From Malacoraja senta (lineage: Eukaryota), in the NCBI GenBank assembly GCA_038087875.1, contig JAXLNO010000033.1, forward strand, positions 248,001 through 312,000: a stretch of DNA of 64,000 nucleotides, in the 5' to 3' direction. Positions 63,021-64,000 of the stretch are shown one piece after another. The notes beneath the pieces were generated by a model. It searched no databases, was not told the DNA's origin, and worked only from the letters and a program-made list of their open reading frames with translations. Each line of letters starts with the position of its first letter. The stretch's first letter is position 1. The position numbers and the translations under genes are program-made.

Positions 63021-64000
63021 TAATTTGATTTCGGGCATCTTGAAATACACCAGTGACAAGGTTAGGATTATTCATGGGTGGCATATTTCCGCAGACACCT
63101 CGATAACTCATTATGGATGGATTCGCATCAAATGTGACGACGTACTTGAATAGTAACGTAATATATAGGATGAATATGCAGTTTATTTGACCATGGTATG
63201 TGAATGGGAAAAAAACAGAAGACATTGCTTTAAGGTGAGAGTGGAATGATTTAATAAGAACCTAAGTGGATTTTTTTTCACATAGGATCGTACGAGCTGC
63301 CAGAGGAAGTTGTTGAGGGAGGTACAATAACAACATTTAAAATACATTTTGACAGATACATGGATAAGAAATGAATAGACGGACATAGGCCAAACACAGG
63401 CAAGTGGGACTGGTTCACATGGTGTACCTTGGTTTGCATAGACGAGTGAGGCCGATGGGCTTGTTTCGTTGTCGTGTGACGCCTTGACATTTGAACCGGA
63501 TCACATTTTAACTGCATTTTATCTAAAAGGCGTGTTTGCCTCTGGAGTGACATAATGATTATACCGCAAGGCGCGGTGCTGGAGAGTGGTCACCAAAGAT
63601 CGCCTTTCTTGGTGCTCCACATTCCACTCTGGTCAATGACATAAGAATCACAATGCACAATATGCTACAGACCTGATTAGATTATAAAACAAAGAGAGAT
63701 ACGAGGACCGACACAAAATGTTGGATAATTCAGCGTGTCAGGCAGCATCTCTTGAGAAAAGAATACGTGACGTTTCGGGTCGAGACCCTTCTTCTTCGAG
63801 TCAGGGGTAGGGGAACAGGAGATGTAGACGGTATTTAAGACAAATGTATGGAAGATTTGCAGAAAACAACGATAATCAAGGCAACAGGCTCAGAAAAACA
63901 AGACGTGCCTTTAGAAGCAAGGAGCGGAGGAATATCTTTAGTCAGGGTTTAGTGACTCTGTGGAATTCATTGCCACCGTCGGCTGTGCAGCCCAAGACAA

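Overview
Repeat-rich vertebrate genomic DNA. The mix of HE1/V-SINE-like SINEs, CR1, Rex1, Penelope, DIRS and HERO elements points to a cartilaginous fish, probably a skate or ray (inference). The only host genes form a cluster of two-exon GPR139/GPR142-like class A GPCRs. There is one apparently intact minus-strand gene (exon 1 18494-18563, exon 2 10227-11131, 324 aa) and a degenerate exon-2 relic (~17.1-17.6 kb). There is also a frameshifted orphan exon 1 (26576-26644), a pseudogene with a lost ATG and three frameshifts (36747-36816 + 40619-41527), and an intact exon 1 (61016-61085) whose exon 2 is not in the window. Most other sequence is transposable-element derived. It includes a young CR1 with intact ORF2, a circularly permuted Penelope element, two nested DIRS elements, Rex1 and non-autonomous Rex1 derivatives, a HERO fragment, many SINEs and microsatellites. 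Most notable: (i) O/E- and homeodomain-like motifs next to the TATA boxes of an amino-acid-sensor-related GPCR family undergoing birth-and-death evolution, a candidate chemoreceptor repertoire; (ii) a ZFP36/tristetraprolin C-terminal coding fragment captured antisense inside a retroposed element; (iii) hammerhead-ribozyme-like cores in Penelope terminal repeats; (iv) a SINE-mediated intronic inversion between two GPCR paralogues.
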